Below, piece by piece: positions 48,946-61,110 of a stretch of DNA of 64,000 nucleotides. How positions within the stretch are numbered: position 1 is the first letter of the stretch; each line of letters opens with the position of its first letter. The translations under genes were made by a program, and so were the position numbers. The notes beneath the pieces are model-generated. The model was not told the origin of the DNA and made no database searches. It worked only from the letters and a program-made list of their open reading frames with translations. Origin of the DNA: an uncultured Puniceicoccaceae bacterium (GTDB taxonomy: Bacteria > Verrucomicrobiota > Verrucomicrobiia > Opitutales > Coraliomargaritaceae); the NCBI GenBank assembly GCA_913031135.1, contig CAJWEH010000001.1, forward strand, positions 1,482-65,481. The letters are read 5' to 3'.

Positions 48946-49591
48946 TATCGGCTTTGCTAAGTAGGGTAATCGCCTCATTGGCGTTTCTTAAAAAATCACA
49001 TAAGCCTTTGGGTATCAGCGGTTGCAGGTGTAAGTATTCAGGCTGGATGGTGATCTGTAGGTTGATGGTTTGAAATTTTAGAGTGCAATAAGAAGCATCT
49101 GAAGGATACTCTAAAGCACTGCTCAACTCATCGATCGTCTCAATGGCATCAATTTTGTCTTCAATGGAAATTACCTCTGCAGAGGCGAGTGTGATCTCCT
49201 TACAGTAGGGGTCGAAAATTTGTGTCAATGTTGGATCAGCCTCAAGAGGATCGATCTTAAATGCATTGATTTCTGTTGTTTGTAGGTATTCCTTGGGATT
49301 TGTTCGGTTTAAGGCTATCAATACCGTGAAGTCTACTTGGGGTGTCTGAACACATACCGTTCCAAGGCTGCGACTGTAGGTATACGCTTTGCGTTTTAAT
49401 TGATAATGTGTGCGTAACTGATCTAATAAGAAGCTTGCGTGTGATTCAATCGCTTCAGAACCAATCTTTCCGACAAAAGCATTCGTGCTGTCGTGGTAGG
49501 TTTGTGGAACTTGATGTTTTGTTTTATCAAATAAACTTAATTTTCGCACTAAGCCTTTCTGGATTCCATAGAGTGTGGTTTTTGAAGTCAT
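48920..49591 (-). CDS. Hypothetical protein
   Basis: 223-aa ATG ORF filling the gap; no catalytic motif recognised. Confidence 0.7.
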   Translation of the reverse strand: MTSKTTLYGIQKGLVRKLSLFDKTKHQVPQTYHDSTNAFVGKIGSEAIESHASFLLDQLRTHYQLKRKAYTYSRSLGTVCVQTPQVDFTVLIALNRTNPKEYLQTTEINAFKIDPLEADPTLTQIFDPYCKEITLASAEVISIEDKIDAIETIDELSSALEYPSDASYCTLKFQTINLQITIQPEYLHLQPLIPKGLCDFLRNANEAITLLSKADIKLSLFEH

Positions 49592-49656
49592 TTAGTGTTA
49601 AGAAAAATAGAAGTGATAGCTTGAAATCATTATCTAGATAATAAAGATTAAAAAGT

Positions 49657-50061
49657 ATGAAGAGTTATTTTTTATATGATGGAGCTTGCGGGATGTGTCA
49701 CTCGTCCGTGCAATTTTTTATGAAATTTTCTAAGTCGAAGTCATTCTTGTTTAGTTCGCTCGATTCATCCTTTACTCAAGACTTATTGCTCAAGCATAGT
49801 ATCAGCTATGATCAAGCCTTGGAAAGTGCCATTTATATCAGAGAAGGGGTTGTCCACCAGAAAAGCTCTGCAGTTTTATGGGCTTTGTCTGATTGTGTTT
49901 TTCCTTTCAACTTAGCTAAAGTGTTTTTGATCCTTCCTAAAGGAACTCGAGACTTTTTCTATGGTCTAGTCGCTAAACGTAGACATTCTATTTCAAAAGG
50001 GCTCAATATTAAGTGTGAATTGCCGAGTTCATTGGATCGGTCTCGCATCATTAATGAATAA
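49657..50061 (+). CDS. DCC family thiol-disulfide oxidoreductase (DUF393)
   Basis: YDGACGMC (DxxCxxC), KSSAV, RDFFY..VA.RR. Confidence 0.88.
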   Translation: MKSYFLYDGACGMCHSSVQFFMKFSKSKSFLFSSLDSSFTQDLLLKHSISYDQALESAIYIREGVVHQKSSAVLWALSDCVFPFNLAKVFLILPKGTRDFFYGLVAKRRHSISKGLNIKCELPSSLDRSRIINE

Positions 50062-50121
50062 AAAGTGCATTTTTTTCTTTACCTTAGTGTACTTGAAAGC
50101 CATTTTCCTCGATTCTAAACC

Positions 50122-50313
50122 ATGCAAAAAACTAAAAAATCAATCGCAAAGCGTTTCAAAAAGACTGGAACTGGTAAGTTACTAAGACGTACACCAGGTC
50201 ACCGTCATTTGCTTCGTAAAAAGAGCGTCAAGCAACGCCGAAGAGCCGGTGCCAGTAAGCTTGTCGCAGATGGTCAGCGAGCTAACTTAATTCGCGGACT
50301 ACCTTTTGCGTAA
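50122..50313 (+). CDS. rpmI: 50S ribosomal protein L35
   Basis: KTKKSIAKRFKKTGTGK...HLLRKK. Confidence 0.96.
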   Translation: MQKTKKSIAKRFKKTGTGKLLRRTPGHRHLLRKKSVKQRRRAGASKLVADGQRANLIRGLPFA

Positions 50314-50332
50314 ACGCAATCAACTATAACTC

Positions 50333-50371
50333 GATTCGTTGGGTAACATGCAAATGGGCGACCTAACAATC
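50333..50371 (+). ncRNA. Candidate structured cis-regulatory RNA upstream of rplT
   Basis: GATT-C-GTTGGGT-AA-CAT-GCAA-ATG-GGCG-ACCTAAC-AATC: long stem, internal loop, GNRA tetraloop, no U-tract. Confidence 0.45.
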
Positions 50372-50393
50372 ACTAAACCAGAGAACAAATAAC

Positions 50394-50759
50394 ATGCCTA
50401 GAGTAAAAAATGGACCAGCGACTTTAAAGCGTCGCAAGAAAGTATTGAAGAAAGCTAAAGGCTACTTCGGTAATAAATCCCGTCTTTTCCGTTATGCAAA
50501 AGACGCAGTTGAACGCGCCGGTAAATATGCTTACCGTGATCGCAGGAAAAAGAAGACGGAATTTCGTCAATTATGGATCGTTCGTATCAACGCAATTTGT
50601 CGTGAAAATGGCATTAATTACAGCCGTTTTATGCACGGTCTGAAAGCGGTTGGTATCGAGATGGATCGCAAGCAACTATCCGAGTTGGCAATTCATGATG
50701 AAGCAGCATTCCTTCAATTGATTAAAAAAGCAAAAGAGGCGAATCAATCTGTCGCTTAA
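50394..50759 (+). CDS. rplT: 50S ribosomal protein L20
   Basis: [36 protein letters not shown]. Confidence 0.98.
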   Translation: MPRVKNGPATLKRRKKVLKKAKGYFGNKSRLFRYAKDAVERAGKYAYRDRRKKKTEFRQLWIVRINAICRENGINYSRFMHGLKAVGIEMDRKQLSELAIHDEAAFLQLIKKAKEANQSVA

Positions 50760-50783
50760 ATTATTTAAATTTCATTAAAACAC

Positions 50784-50821
50784 AAAAAAGCCACTCCCAA
50801 TGACAGGAGTGGCTTTTTTTT
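50784..50821. terminator. Bidirectional intrinsic terminator between rplT and eno
   Basis: AAAAAAGCCACTCC-CAATGACA-GGAGTGGCTTTTTTTT. Confidence 0.92.
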
Positions 50822-50843
50822 AATTAAATTTCTTAGTGAGAAT

Positions 50844-52166
<1,323 letters not shown>

Positions 52167-52254
52167 TTATAACTGTCTGAAGATGCTTCGTATTCTGTCA
52201 ATCATTCAACTTGTCTCAGCAAAGATTTTACAGAAATGTTTAATTTAAATTATG

Positions 52255-52914
52255 TTATTGGAATTGGCTGACCCTGAATGACCAAGATCCAGCGTTCTCT
52301 AAAGATTGAATAAGATCAGCTAAATTCTTTGCTTTTTCAGTGTCACCATTAGCACTGGCAATAGAAGCAAGGGCATAAGCTGCTTCTGCAATGGATGATT
52401 CTAATTGGCTTTCGTCCTCAAGGATCGATTCAAGGCGTTGGATGCCCTCTTCGGGATTGATTTGAAGCATAGAAAAAGCAGCGCCGAGTGTGGCACGACT
52501 TTTCAGTGAAGCCTTACTTAGTGCCTGTTCTGCTTTAAGAAAAAGTCTAAAAGCGGATTCATAGTCAGCAATCTCAAAGGCGCTGTTTGCTTGCTTTAAT
52601 GCGGCAAATCCTGCCAGTAGGGTTTCGCTGTTTTCATCGATAAATGCTTCTGTAGTGCCATTTTCTTGAGCAGATTGATAAGCTTCTTGTAGTTTCTGAA
52701 TCGCTTTCTCCTTGGATATTTTCATTCCTTGGATAACCAAAATACCGAGCGCTGCGATAACGATGACGGCAATTAAAGAGCTTTTATTTTGCTGCCAATA
52801 GTTGTGTGCTCTATCTTCAAAGGGCAGATCGAGTTCGGACTTAAGTGAATCAGAATCAGTAGCATCCTTGGAAGGAGTACCGAATGGGTTTTTGTTTTTG
52901 GGTTCTCTGTGCAT
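52255..52914 (-). CDS. YfgM-like TPR membrane-anchored protein
   Basis: YWQQNK followed by a single TM helix and Ala-rich helical repeats. Confidence 0.65.
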   Translation of the reverse strand: MHREPKNKNPFGTPSKDATDSDSLKSELDLPFEDRAHNYWQQNKSSLIAVIVIAALGILVIQGMKISKEKAIQKLQEAYQSAQENGTTEAFIDENSETLLAGFAALKQANSAFEIADYESAFRLFLKAEQALSKASLKSRATLGAAFSMLQINPEEGIQRLESILEDESQLESSIAEAAYALASIASANGDTEKAKNLADLIQSLENAGSWSFRVSQFQ

Positions 52915-52932
52915 AAAAAGTAAGCGTAACTA

Positions 52933-53784
52933 TTAATCAAATACTACAGTTTTGTTGTTATAGACAAGTATTCTATTGTTTAAATGTAAACGAACGGCAT
53001 GTGCAAACACTGATTTCTCTAGGTCTTTACCTTTACGGATTAAATCAGAAATGGTGTTCCTATGATTGATTCGGGTCACATCTTGATAGATAATAGGTCC
53101 TTCATCGAGGTCTGCAGTCGCATAGTGTGCCGTTGCACCGATGATTTTCACGCCTCTCGTATAGGCTTGGTGGTACGGTTTCCCTCCAGCAAAAGCCGGT
53201 AAAAAAGAGTGGTGGATGTTAATGATGGGAACGTGAATGCCTTTTAAAAAGTCTGAAGAGAGAATTTGCATATAACGTGCAAGGACAACTAATTCAATCG
53301 AGTGCTCTTTTAAAATGGCAGTTTGTTGAGCTTCAACTCTTTGTTTATCCGATCCTTCGAAAGGAGTGTGATAAAAAGGGATTCCATAGAGGGCTGCAGC
53401 TGACTCTAAATCGTTATGGTTTGATACAATGCACCCTATGGTGCCATTGAGCTCATTGGCTTTAAAGCGTAATATTATGTCGTGAAAACAGTGGTCGATT
53501 TTTGAGACAAAGAGTGCCACCTTTGGCTTCTTGGAACTCAAGGCAACTTCAGCCTGCATTTTTAATTCGTTTTGAGCGAATGCTTTGAACGCATCTGCTT
53601 CGTCTTGAATCGGTCCAGAGGGAACCCATTCCACTCTTTGAAAAAAGATATTTGCCTGAGGGTCTTTGTGTTGATCAGCATGGTCAATATTGCTGCCACG
53701 ATCGAAGATCCAAGAGGATACTTTAGAAACTAACCCTGGTTGGTCTGGACCATGTAATAAGGCTATGATGGTTTCTTTCTTCAC
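52933..53784 (-). CDS. purU: Formyltetrahydrofolate deformylase
   Basis: ACT domain GPDQPGLV, LARYMQIL, INIHHSFLPAF, DLDEGPII; GTG start. Confidence 0.96.
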   Translation of the reverse strand: MKKETIIALLHGPDQPGLVSKVSSWIFDRGSNIDHADQHKDPQANIFFQRVEWVPSGPIQDEADAFKAFAQNELKMQAEVALSSKKPKVALFVSKIDHCFHDIILRFKANELNGTIGCIVSNHNDLESAAALYGIPFYHTPFEGSDKQRVEAQQTAILKEHSIELVVLARYMQILSSDFLKGIHVPIINIHHSFLPAFAGGKPYHQAYTRGVKIIGATAHYATADLDEGPIIYQDVTRINHRNTISDLIRKGKDLEKSVFAHAVRLHLNNRILVYNNKTVVFD

Positions 53785-53795
53785 TTCAATAGGGA

Positions 53796-56700
53796 TTAGT
53801 TGATCAGCTTGCTGTAGTCTTGAATCGAGCAGACTTCATAGCCTTTTTCGCGGATAGAACCGATTCCATCCACAGCTGCAGCGGCAGCAGAAATGGTCGT
53901 CATGATACAGACTTTGTGTTTAACTGCTTCGGTTCGAATCTGATTTTCATTTTGTCTAGGAATGGTGCCCTGTGGCGTGTTAATGATCAAGCTAACCTGA
54001 TTGTTTTTGATTAAATCTATAACATTAGGACGACCTTCAGAAAGGCGACAAACCTGCTTTACCTCGATTCCATGAGATTTCAAAAGAGCACTCGTGCCTG
54101 CGGTCGAGATTATGCCAAAGCCTAATGTGCTCAATTTTTTGGCTATGGATACGGCTTTAGGTTTATCGGCATCTTTAACACTGATGAAAACATCCCCTTG
54201 ATCAGGAAGCGATGGAGATGCTGCCATTTGTGTTTTAGCAAAGGCAACACCTAAATCTGCATCTATACCCATAACTTCTCCTGTACTTCGCATTTCAGGG
54301 CTCAGCATAATCGGAGAACCAGGGAAGCGATTGAACGGAAATACCGATTCTTTAACCGCAAAGTAAGGTGGGTGAATTTCTTTAGTAAATTCAAGGTCGA
54401 CTAATTTTTCTCCAGCCATCACACGAGCTGCTAATTTAGCGAGCGAGACTCCGATTGCTTTCGATACAAAAGGAACGGTTCTCGAAGCTCTCGGATTTAC
54501 TTCAATGATGTACAGTTCATCGTCTTTGATCGCATATTGAACATTCATCAGTCCGACTACTTGAAGCTCTCTTGCCAGTGCGTGGGTTGCAGTGCGAACT
54601 CGCTCAATCATTGAATCCGATAAGGTGTGTGGAGGCATGACCATGGCAGCATCTCCTGAGTGCACCCCTGCAAATTCCACGTGCTGAAGCATTGCGCCGA
54701 TGACCGTTGTCTCTTGATCTGAAATGCAATCAACATCCAACTCATAGGCATCTTCTAAGAATTGATCAATCAAGACCGGTTTGCCCGGTGCAGCATCAAA
54801 CACTTCGGTGATGATTGCTCGCATCTCTTCGAGATTATAAACGATAAACATACCTCGACCACCCAAGACGAAAGACGGTCGTAAAAGAACAGGGAAACCA
54901 ATGGATTCAGCGCAGGCATAAGCTTCCTCTTTAGAATGGGCTATTTTATTTGGTGGCTGTTTCAGATCGACTTTTTCAAGAATCGTGCGGAATTGATCTC
55001 GGTCTTCAGCCGCATCAATCATAGCGGGGCTTGTTCCAATGATCTCAACCCCATTTTCTGCTAATTGTGTTGCAAGATTAAGGGGGGTTTGTCCGCCAAA
55101 TTGGACGATCACTCCAGAGCAACCTTCTTGATGATAAATCTCTAGAACATCTTCCAGTGTTAATGGCTCGAAATAAAGTTTGTCGGAGGTATCGTAGTCA
55201 GTTGAAACGGTTTCGGGGTTGGAATTAACCATGACTGTTTCGTAACCGGCATCATGTAGTGCTAAGGAAGCGTGCACACAGCAGTAGTCAAACTCAATGC
55301 CTTGACCGATTCGGTTTGGTCCTCCGCCTAAAATCATGATCTTCTTTTTATCACTCTTTTTGATTTCATTTTCTGTGCCATAAGAAGAGTAGTAGTAGGG
55401 TGTAAAGGCCTCAAATTCTGCGGCACAGGTATCGACGAGACGATACTGTGTTAGAATAGCTTGGCTCTTTCGTTTATCCGTTACTTCTTTCAGTGAACAG
55501 CCTAAGAGATCAGCGAGCAAGGCATCCGAAAAGCCGGCCTTTTTGCTTTGAAGCATTAAGTCTTTTGAAAGTGTTTCAAGTGATTCAGATGCGACGGCTA
55601 GCTCAATATCAACCAGCTCTTTCATTTGTTGGAGAAACCATCGGTCAATCTTACAGAGATCAAAGACAGCCTCGACATCGAGTCCGTTTAGAAATCCATG
55701 CCTGAGCCAAAAGATGCGTTCTGGGGTAGGCACAGAGATGCCATTTCGAACGCTTTGCATATCCTCAATCTTTGTATGAAACTTAGGTGGCCCCATAAAT
55801 CCTTTTGCGGAAATCTCCAATGAGCGTAATGCCTTTTGCATCGATTCTTTAAAAGTGCGCCCAATCGCCATTGCCTCACCTACGGATTTCATCGCTGAGG
55901 TGAGTGTGGGGTCAGAGCCAGGAAATTTTTCAAAAGTAAATCGAGGAATTTTAGTTACGACATAATCAATCGATGGTTCAAAACTGGCTGGAGTTTCTCG
56001 AGTGATATCGTTTTGTAATTCATCAAGGCTGTAGCCAATGGCTAATTTAGCAGCAATTTTTGCAATCGGAAACCCGGTTGCTTTCGAGGCTAAGGCTGAG
56101 CTTCGAGAGACACGAGGGTTCATTTCTATTACTACCATACGTCCATTCTCTGGATTGACTGAAAACTGAATATTGGATCCGCCTGTTTCAACACCCACTT
56201 CTCTAATACACGCAAATGACGCATCTCGCATGAGTTGGTACTCTTTATCAGTGAGTGTCATCGCTGGAGCGACAGTTATGGAATCGCCCGTATGGACTCC
56301 CATAGGATCAAAGTTTTCAATCGAACAAATAACGACGCATTGATCTTTATGGTCTCTCATAACCTCCATCTCATACTCTTTCCAACCGAGTAAGCACTCC
56401 TCAATCAAAACTTCGTGAGTAGGGGATATTTCGAGTCCGTTTTGAACCATGCTTTCTAACTCTTCACGGTTGTAAGCGATCCCGCCGCCAGAGCCCCCTA
56501 AGGTAAAGCTAGGGCGAATGATGATGGGGAATTCTCCAATTAATTTATCTGCCGCTTCTAAGGCTGCTTCCAAAGTGTTGACTGTTGCGGAACGGGCCAC
56601 ATCCATACCGATCTTCAGCATCGCTTGCTTGAATACTTCTCTGGCTTCGCCTTTTTCAATCGCTTCGGGTTTTGCGCCTATCATCTCGACATTATTTGCC

Positions 56701-57026
56701 TTTAAGATGCCTGCTTTATCTAAGTCCATTGATAGGTTTAAAGCAGTTTGACCGCCTAGGGTCGGAAGGAGAGCATCTGGCTTCTCTTTTTTAATGATTT
56801 TTTCGACTGCCGAGACCGTTAAGGGTTCTATGTAGGTAACATCTGCGTATTCGGGGTCGGTCATAATGGTCGCAGGATTACTATTTACTAAGACGACCCT
56901 GTACCCTTCTTCTCTGAGTGCTTTGCAGGCTTGCGTTCCTGAGTAGTCAAATTCGCAAGCTTGCCCTATGACAATAGGACCTGAACCTATAATTAATATT
57001 GTATTTAAATCAGTGCGTTTCGGCAT
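53796..57026 (-). CDS. carB: Carbamoyl-phosphate synthase large subunit
   Basis: MPKRTD (ATG 57026), [17 protein letters not shown], two ATP-grasp domains, MGS domain. Confidence 0.98.
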   Translation of the reverse strand: MPKRTDLNTILIIGSGPIVIGQACEFDYSGTQACKALREEGYRVVLVNSNPATIMTDPEYADVTYIEPLTVSAVEKIIKKEKPDALLPTLGGQTALNLSMDLDKAGILKANNVEMIGAKPEAIEKGEAREVFKQAMLKIGMDVARSATVNTLEAALEAADKLIGEFPIIIRPSFTLGGSGGGIAYNREELESMVQNGLEISPTHEVLIEECLLGWKEYEMEVMRDHKDQCVVICSIENFDPMGVHTGDSITVAPAMTLTDKEYQLMRDASFACIREVGVETGGSNIQFSVNPENGRMVVIEMNPRVSRSSALASKATGFPIAKIAAKLAIGYSLDELQNDITRETPASFEPSIDYVVTKIPRFTFEKFPGSDPTLTSAMKSVGEAMAIGRTFKESMQKALRSLEISAKGFMGPPKFHTKIEDMQSVRNGISVPTPERIFWLRHGFLNGLDVEAVFDLCKIDRWFLQQMKELVDIELAVASESLETLSKDLMLQSKKAGFSDALLADLLGCSLKEVTDKRKSQAILTQYRLVDTCAAEFEAFTPYYYSSYGTENEIKKSDKKKIMILGGGPNRIGQGIEFDYCCVHASLALHDAGYETVMVNSNPETVSTDYDTSDKLYFEPLTLEDVLEIYHQEGCSGVIVQFGGQTPLNLATQLAENGVEIIGTSPAMIDAAEDRDQFRTILEKVDLKQPPNKIAHSKEEAYACAESIGFPVLLRPSFVLGGRGMFIVYNLEEMRAIITEVFDAAPGKPVLIDQFLEDAYELDVDCISDQETTVIGAMLQHVEFAGVHSGDAAMVMPPHTLSDSMIERVRTATHALARELQVVGLMNVQYAIKDDELYIIEVNPRASRTVPFVSKAIGVSLAKLAARVMAGEKLVDLEFTKEIHPPYFAVKESVFPFNRFPGSPIMLSPEMRSTGEVMGIDADLGVAFAKTQMAASPSLPDQGDVFISVKDADKPKAVSIAKKLSTLGFGIISTAGTSALLKSHGIEVKQVCRLSEGRPNVIDLIKNNQVSLIINTPQGTIPRQNENQIRTEAVKHKVCIMTTISAAAAAVDGIGSIREKGYEVCSIQDYSKLIN

Positions 57027-57162
57027 AAATTTTTTAAATCGTGAAATTTTTAAACTATCCTGCAAGCAATTAACACATAAAATATAAAAATATTTTGTAG
57101 GAGGTCTTCATTTCGGGTGATTTTAGTTTGAGCTGATGCTTATTTTTAATCAATTTGTGACT

Positions 57163-57723
57163 ATGCTTTCATATTTTCAAATCTTTTATAAACCATCCAC
57201 ATGTACTTTAAACGCTATTAAAAATGAGAAAGCACACGCTTTTTCCTTATTGGTGGTATTTTTGTTTAGTGCGATACAATCCTTGCCGTATTGGATGTCC
57301 CAAATGATGGAATCTGAAACCATGCCAGCAGATAACACAATTCCATTTAAGGTCTTGGCGGGCGGTGTTATTGGAATGGGTATTTTTTATCTTTTTTCTT
57401 TTTTTCTGAGAAATTTTGGCAGGTGGTTTGGTGCTCAAGCAAGTTTACAAGAGATTCGTACCGGCTTAGGAATTAGTTTAATTCCCTGGACGGTGTTGTT
57501 CTCACTTTTTTTCTTGGCATTAGGTGCGCTGGGACCGAAGGCAGTTATGCAACAATTTCCGCTCTTTTTTCTAGGATTTATTTATGGCTTTACGATCATA
57601 CTGATTGCCATGAGCAAGGTTTTTAATGTCAGTGCTTTCAAGACGTTTTTAATCTTACTGTTCACCTTTTTTGTTACGCTTTGGCCGATTAACCAAGTCT
57701 TTAAAATGCTACTTTCGTTTTAA
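57163..57723 (+). CDS. Yip1-domain membrane protein
   Basis: I..KP..T N-terminus, five TM helices, GRWFG.QAS; start at 57136 or 57163. Confidence 0.65.
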   Translation: MLSYFQIFYKPSTCTLNAIKNEKAHAFSLLVVFLFSAIQSLPYWMSQMMESETMPADNTIPFKVLAGGVIGMGIFYLFSFFLRNFGRWFGAQASLQEIRTGLGISLIPWTVLFSLFFLALGALGPKAVMQQFPLFFLGFIYGFTIILIAMSKVFNVSAFKTFLILLFTFFVTLWPINQVFKMLLSF

Positions 57724-57728
57724 TACGT

Positions 57729-59387
57729 ATGTTACAGTATTTAAAGATCCAAAATCTAGCCCTACTTCAGTCGGTCACTTTGGAATTTGACGCGGGCTTT
57801 ACCTCTGTGACGGGTGAAACGGGTGCGGGGAAGAGTGTGTTGCTCGGCGCATTAAATTTGTTGTCAGGGGCACGATCAAATAAGGAAATGATTCGTCAAG
57901 GTTCGGATAAGCTTGAAATTGAGGCGTGTTTGTTTTTTCTGAATTCCGATTCGATGAATGGTCTTTTAGATACTTTAGGTCTGCCACTTTGCGATGATGG
58001 TTCATTGATTTTATATCGTAGTTTAGACCAATCCAAGCAGTCTAGGATTCGTATTAATGGAAATCTAGCTACACTGGCTCAGTTGAAGACTCTGGGCGAG
58101 CATTGGATTGATTTCCATGGTCCTGGTGAGCCGCAAAAGCTGTTTAAGGAGCGCTGTCAGCTAGAATTATTGGATGCCTTTGCTCAGAATGAGGGCGTTT
58201 ATGGTGATTATTTGAAGGTTTATAAGGAATGGATGGCATTAAAGAAGGAAATTTCTGATTTATCGAATGCAGAACGCTTAGATTCCGATGAGATCACATT
58301 CATTCAAAATGAACTAAAAAAAATGGAACGAATCGATTTAACTGAGGAAGCGATTGAGGGATTGGAATCGGATTATCTCAAGATCACTCAAGCACAGGAG
58401 TTGCGTGAAGTCTTACAGGCAAGCACAGACCTATTGTCGAGCGAATCAGGAATCATCGATCAACTAAATGCTTTGGTTTTAAAAATGTCGGCTCTGAATG
58501 AATTCAATCCTTCCTATTCTGAATTTTTAGATCGAGCGCAGAGTCTTCAAATTGAGTCGGATGACTTGAGTGGAGCACTGGATCAATTGAATGGCGATTT
58601 TGATTTTGAGCCAGAAGCGATTGAACTCATCCTCGAGCAAATGAATACTTGGCAGGAGATTAAGCGCAAGTATGGAGGCAGTCTTGAGGCGGTTATTTCG
58701 CAGAAAGAAGCGCTTGAAAGGAAATTGTACAGCCAGGGAGATATTGATGCGGCACTTGAAAAACTAGAATCAGAATCAAAACTATTAGAAGCGTCACTGA
58801 ATTCTGTGGCAGATACGCTTTATCAGAAACGATTAAAGGCGGCTCAATTATTATCCAAAGAAGCGTCTAGTTTATTGACATCTCTGGGCTTCAAAAAAGC
58901 AACGTTATCGATTGAACTCAATTTAACTGATGGTTTTACAGAAGAGGGTGGTAGTCGTTGCCGTTTTCTGTTTGCTCCAAATCTGGGTCAGGACTCATTG
59001 GAACTCAATAAAATCGCATCCAGTGGTGAAACGGCTCGTGTGATGTTGGCACTTAAAACAGTTTTAGCGGATGTTGATCAGACTCCACTTTTGGTATTTG
59101 ATGAGGTCGATGCGAATGTGGGTGGTGAGGTTGGTCGTTCTGTCGGTACTGAAATGGCACGCATTGCTGAGAGCCATCAAGTTTTTTGCGTGACTCATTT
59201 ACCTCAGGTCGCTTCCTTATCTAAACAACAGTTGCTTGTCGAAAAAGTACAAAAGCAATCGGAAACGAGTGTTTCTATAGAACCGATTCATGGGGATGAA
59301 GAGAGACGAATTGCTGAACTAGCACGAATGCTAGGAGACCGAAATTCGAAGTCAGCCTTAACGCACGCAAGGGAATTACTCGCTTGA
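57729..59387 (+). CDS. recN: DNA repair protein RecN
   Basis: TGETGAGKS, coiled coil, ASSGE.AR, FDEVD, VTHLPQVA. Confidence 0.96.
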   Translation: MLQYLKIQNLALLQSVTLEFDAGFTSVTGETGAGKSVLLGALNLLSGARSNKEMIRQGSDKLEIEACLFFLNSDSMNGLLDTLGLPLCDDGSLILYRSLDQSKQSRIRINGNLATLAQLKTLGEHWIDFHGPGEPQKLFKERCQLELLDAFAQNEGVYGDYLKVYKEWMALKKEISDLSNAERLDSDEITFIQNELKKMERIDLTEEAIEGLESDYLKITQAQELREVLQASTDLLSSESGIIDQLNALVLKMSALNEFNPSYSEFLDRAQSLQIESDDLSGALDQLNGDFDFEPEAIELILEQMNTWQEIKRKYGGSLEAVISQKEALERKLYSQGDIDAALEKLESESKLLEASLNSVADTLYQKRLKAAQLLSKEASSLLTSLGFKKATLSIELNLTDGFTEEGGSRCRFLFAPNLGQDSLELNKIASSGETARVMLALKTVLADVDQTPLLVFDEVDANVGGEVGRSVGTEMARIAESHQVFCVTHLPQVASLSKQQLLVEKVQKQSETSVSIEPIHGDEERRIAELARMLGDRNSKSALTHARELLA

Positions 59388-61040
59388 TGCTTCGCCTAGA
59401 TCGGGTGAATCTTTTGCTAATTCGATAGACATCAATTCGCTGTAAAATCCATTAAGACCTGTGTTGCGACTAAAACGTTTGAAGTTGTCCATCAGTTGAT
59501 TACTCTCTTCAGGATCCGCTTCATAGTCGACAACAGCTTTTGATCTCAAATAGGTGATGATGGCAGTTCCTCCATAATTAATCATATCTGAGACGTCACC
59601 CTCATTGAGCCTGAAAACCGCTTGTAGTTCATAAGGGTTCACATTCTCGGGTCGATTGTTGTAGCTGAAGTTGGGATACGCTTCTACTGTGACATCTGCT
59701 AAGTTTGCAATCGAGGATTCGAAATCGTCCCCTGATTCAATAATTGCCTCAATCTCTGATTTGATTTCCTTGCCATATTCGTTGAAGCGTTTGCGTTTTT
59801 CGGCTTCTCGGTAGTCGCTCGTCAATTGATCTGCAACCGAATAAAAGGGAGGGATGCTTGATGGTGTCTGTCCTTTATAAAAAAGAACGGCGAAGCCTTT
59901 TGTCGTTTCGACTGGATCTGAATAATATTTGTCAGAATCTAAATTGAAAGCGCTCATTAATAATTCTCTGGATAACCCTTTTTGATTTATTTGTGATTTT
60001 GAATATGCGCCGATTTCTATTTCATTTACGACATACTTTTTCTTAGTTGCTTCAAATACTTCTGAGCCATAAGTGACGGCTTGGTCATAGAGTGCGTAGG
60101 TGAAATTATTTGAGGCATTTTCAGCTGCTTTTGCTTGAAGTTCTTCGAGCAGAGCGGCATTGATGATTTCTTGGACAGCATCAAGTGCAATGTCCTCAGT
60201 GTTGACTTCAGAGTCTGCATCAAGCGTGGATCGATAGGTCGCATCGACGCTCTCTTTATTCTCTGCATAGTACGCTTCTATCTGTTCATCGTTGAATTTG
60301 GCGATGATGTTCGGATTAAACTTAAAGAGTACATATGAGGCATCAACGGTTTCTTCTGTTTCGTAGGATGCTTTTTGCTGTCTGTAGTAGTCTTTTAAGA
60401 TGGCTTCCGTGACATCAATTTCTGGATCGTAGTCGTCATAATTTATTTTGATATTGAATAAATCATACTCTGTATTGCGTGAATCTAAAGAAAGTTTCAC
60501 TTGTGCATCAGTGGCGTAGCCTGCACCTTCAATCGCTTGGTTTAATTGATCAATTTGATAATCTTCAGCTAGGATGCTTAGGAATTTCGCTTCACTCGCT
60601 GATGGGTTGAAGGCTAGCTGCTCTAGAAATGTGTTATATTTTTGAGTATCAAATGCACCGGATTCATTTTGGAAATAGGGTAGCGTTTCGAGGTATTTGC
60701 TGAGTTGGCTTGTCGTTGGTTTTGGCAACTTAAGTTGATCAATTAAATAGAGTTGAACGATGCGATCGGAAATAGCGTTTTGAATTTGGCGCTCATTGCG
60801 ACTTTCAGTACCCGTTTGTAGCAGTAAACTTAATCCAACATCCCCCGCTATTTCATTAATGGTATTCGGATTATTCACATCAATCCCAAAGAGCACTTGT
60901 TCTTTGTAGTTCGATTTATCAGTCGTGATGCCAGGTGTGTTTCCAATTGTAAAAACAAAGGCAACGATGACGACTGCTAAGAGTGTGATGAATATCCAAC
61001 GCCCGTGACGAATTAAGTGGTTTTGTATCCAAGAGATCAT
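59376..61040 (-). CDS. PpiD/SurA-N-like membrane-anchored periplasmic chaperone
   Basis: MISWIQ..TM..AFVF N-terminus, FQ..G.FD..KY, AYY..NK, degenerate parvulin-like segments. Confidence 0.72.
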   Translation of the reverse strand: MISWIQNHLIRHGRWIFITLLAVVIVAFVFTIGNTPGITTDKSNYKEQVLFGIDVNNPNTINEIAGDVGLSLLLQTGTESRNERQIQNAISDRIVQLYLIDQLKLPKPTTSQLSKYLETLPYFQNESGAFDTQKYNTFLEQLAFNPSASEAKFLSILAEDYQIDQLNQAIEGAGYATDAQVKLSLDSRNTEYDLFNIKINYDDYDPEIDVTEAILKDYYRQQKASYETEETVDASYVLFKFNPNIIAKFNDEQIEAYYAENKESVDATYRSTLDADSEVNTEDIALDAVQEIINAALLEELQAKAAENASNNFTYALYDQAVTYGSEVFEATKKKYVVNEIEIGAYSKSQINQKGLSRELLMSAFNLDSDKYYSDPVETTKGFAVLFYKGQTPSSIPPFYSVADQLTSDYREAEKRKRFNEYGKEIKSEIEAIIESGDDFESSIANLADVTVEAYPNFSYNNRPENVNPYELQAVFRLNEGDVSDMINYGGTAIITYLRSKAVVDYEADPEESNQLMDNFKRFSRNTGLNGFYSELMSIELAKDSPDLGEASSE

Positions 61041-61110
61041 AATTTAAATAATAGTAAGATGCGTATGTAAAAATTCAGATGCCCCGTGTCAACTTATTGA
61101 TTTTGAAAAG

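Noticed and set aside
41520..49650. attR-type duplication of the tRNA-Leu 3' end
   Set aside because: No second copy noticed by eye, so an intact integrative element is not claimed.
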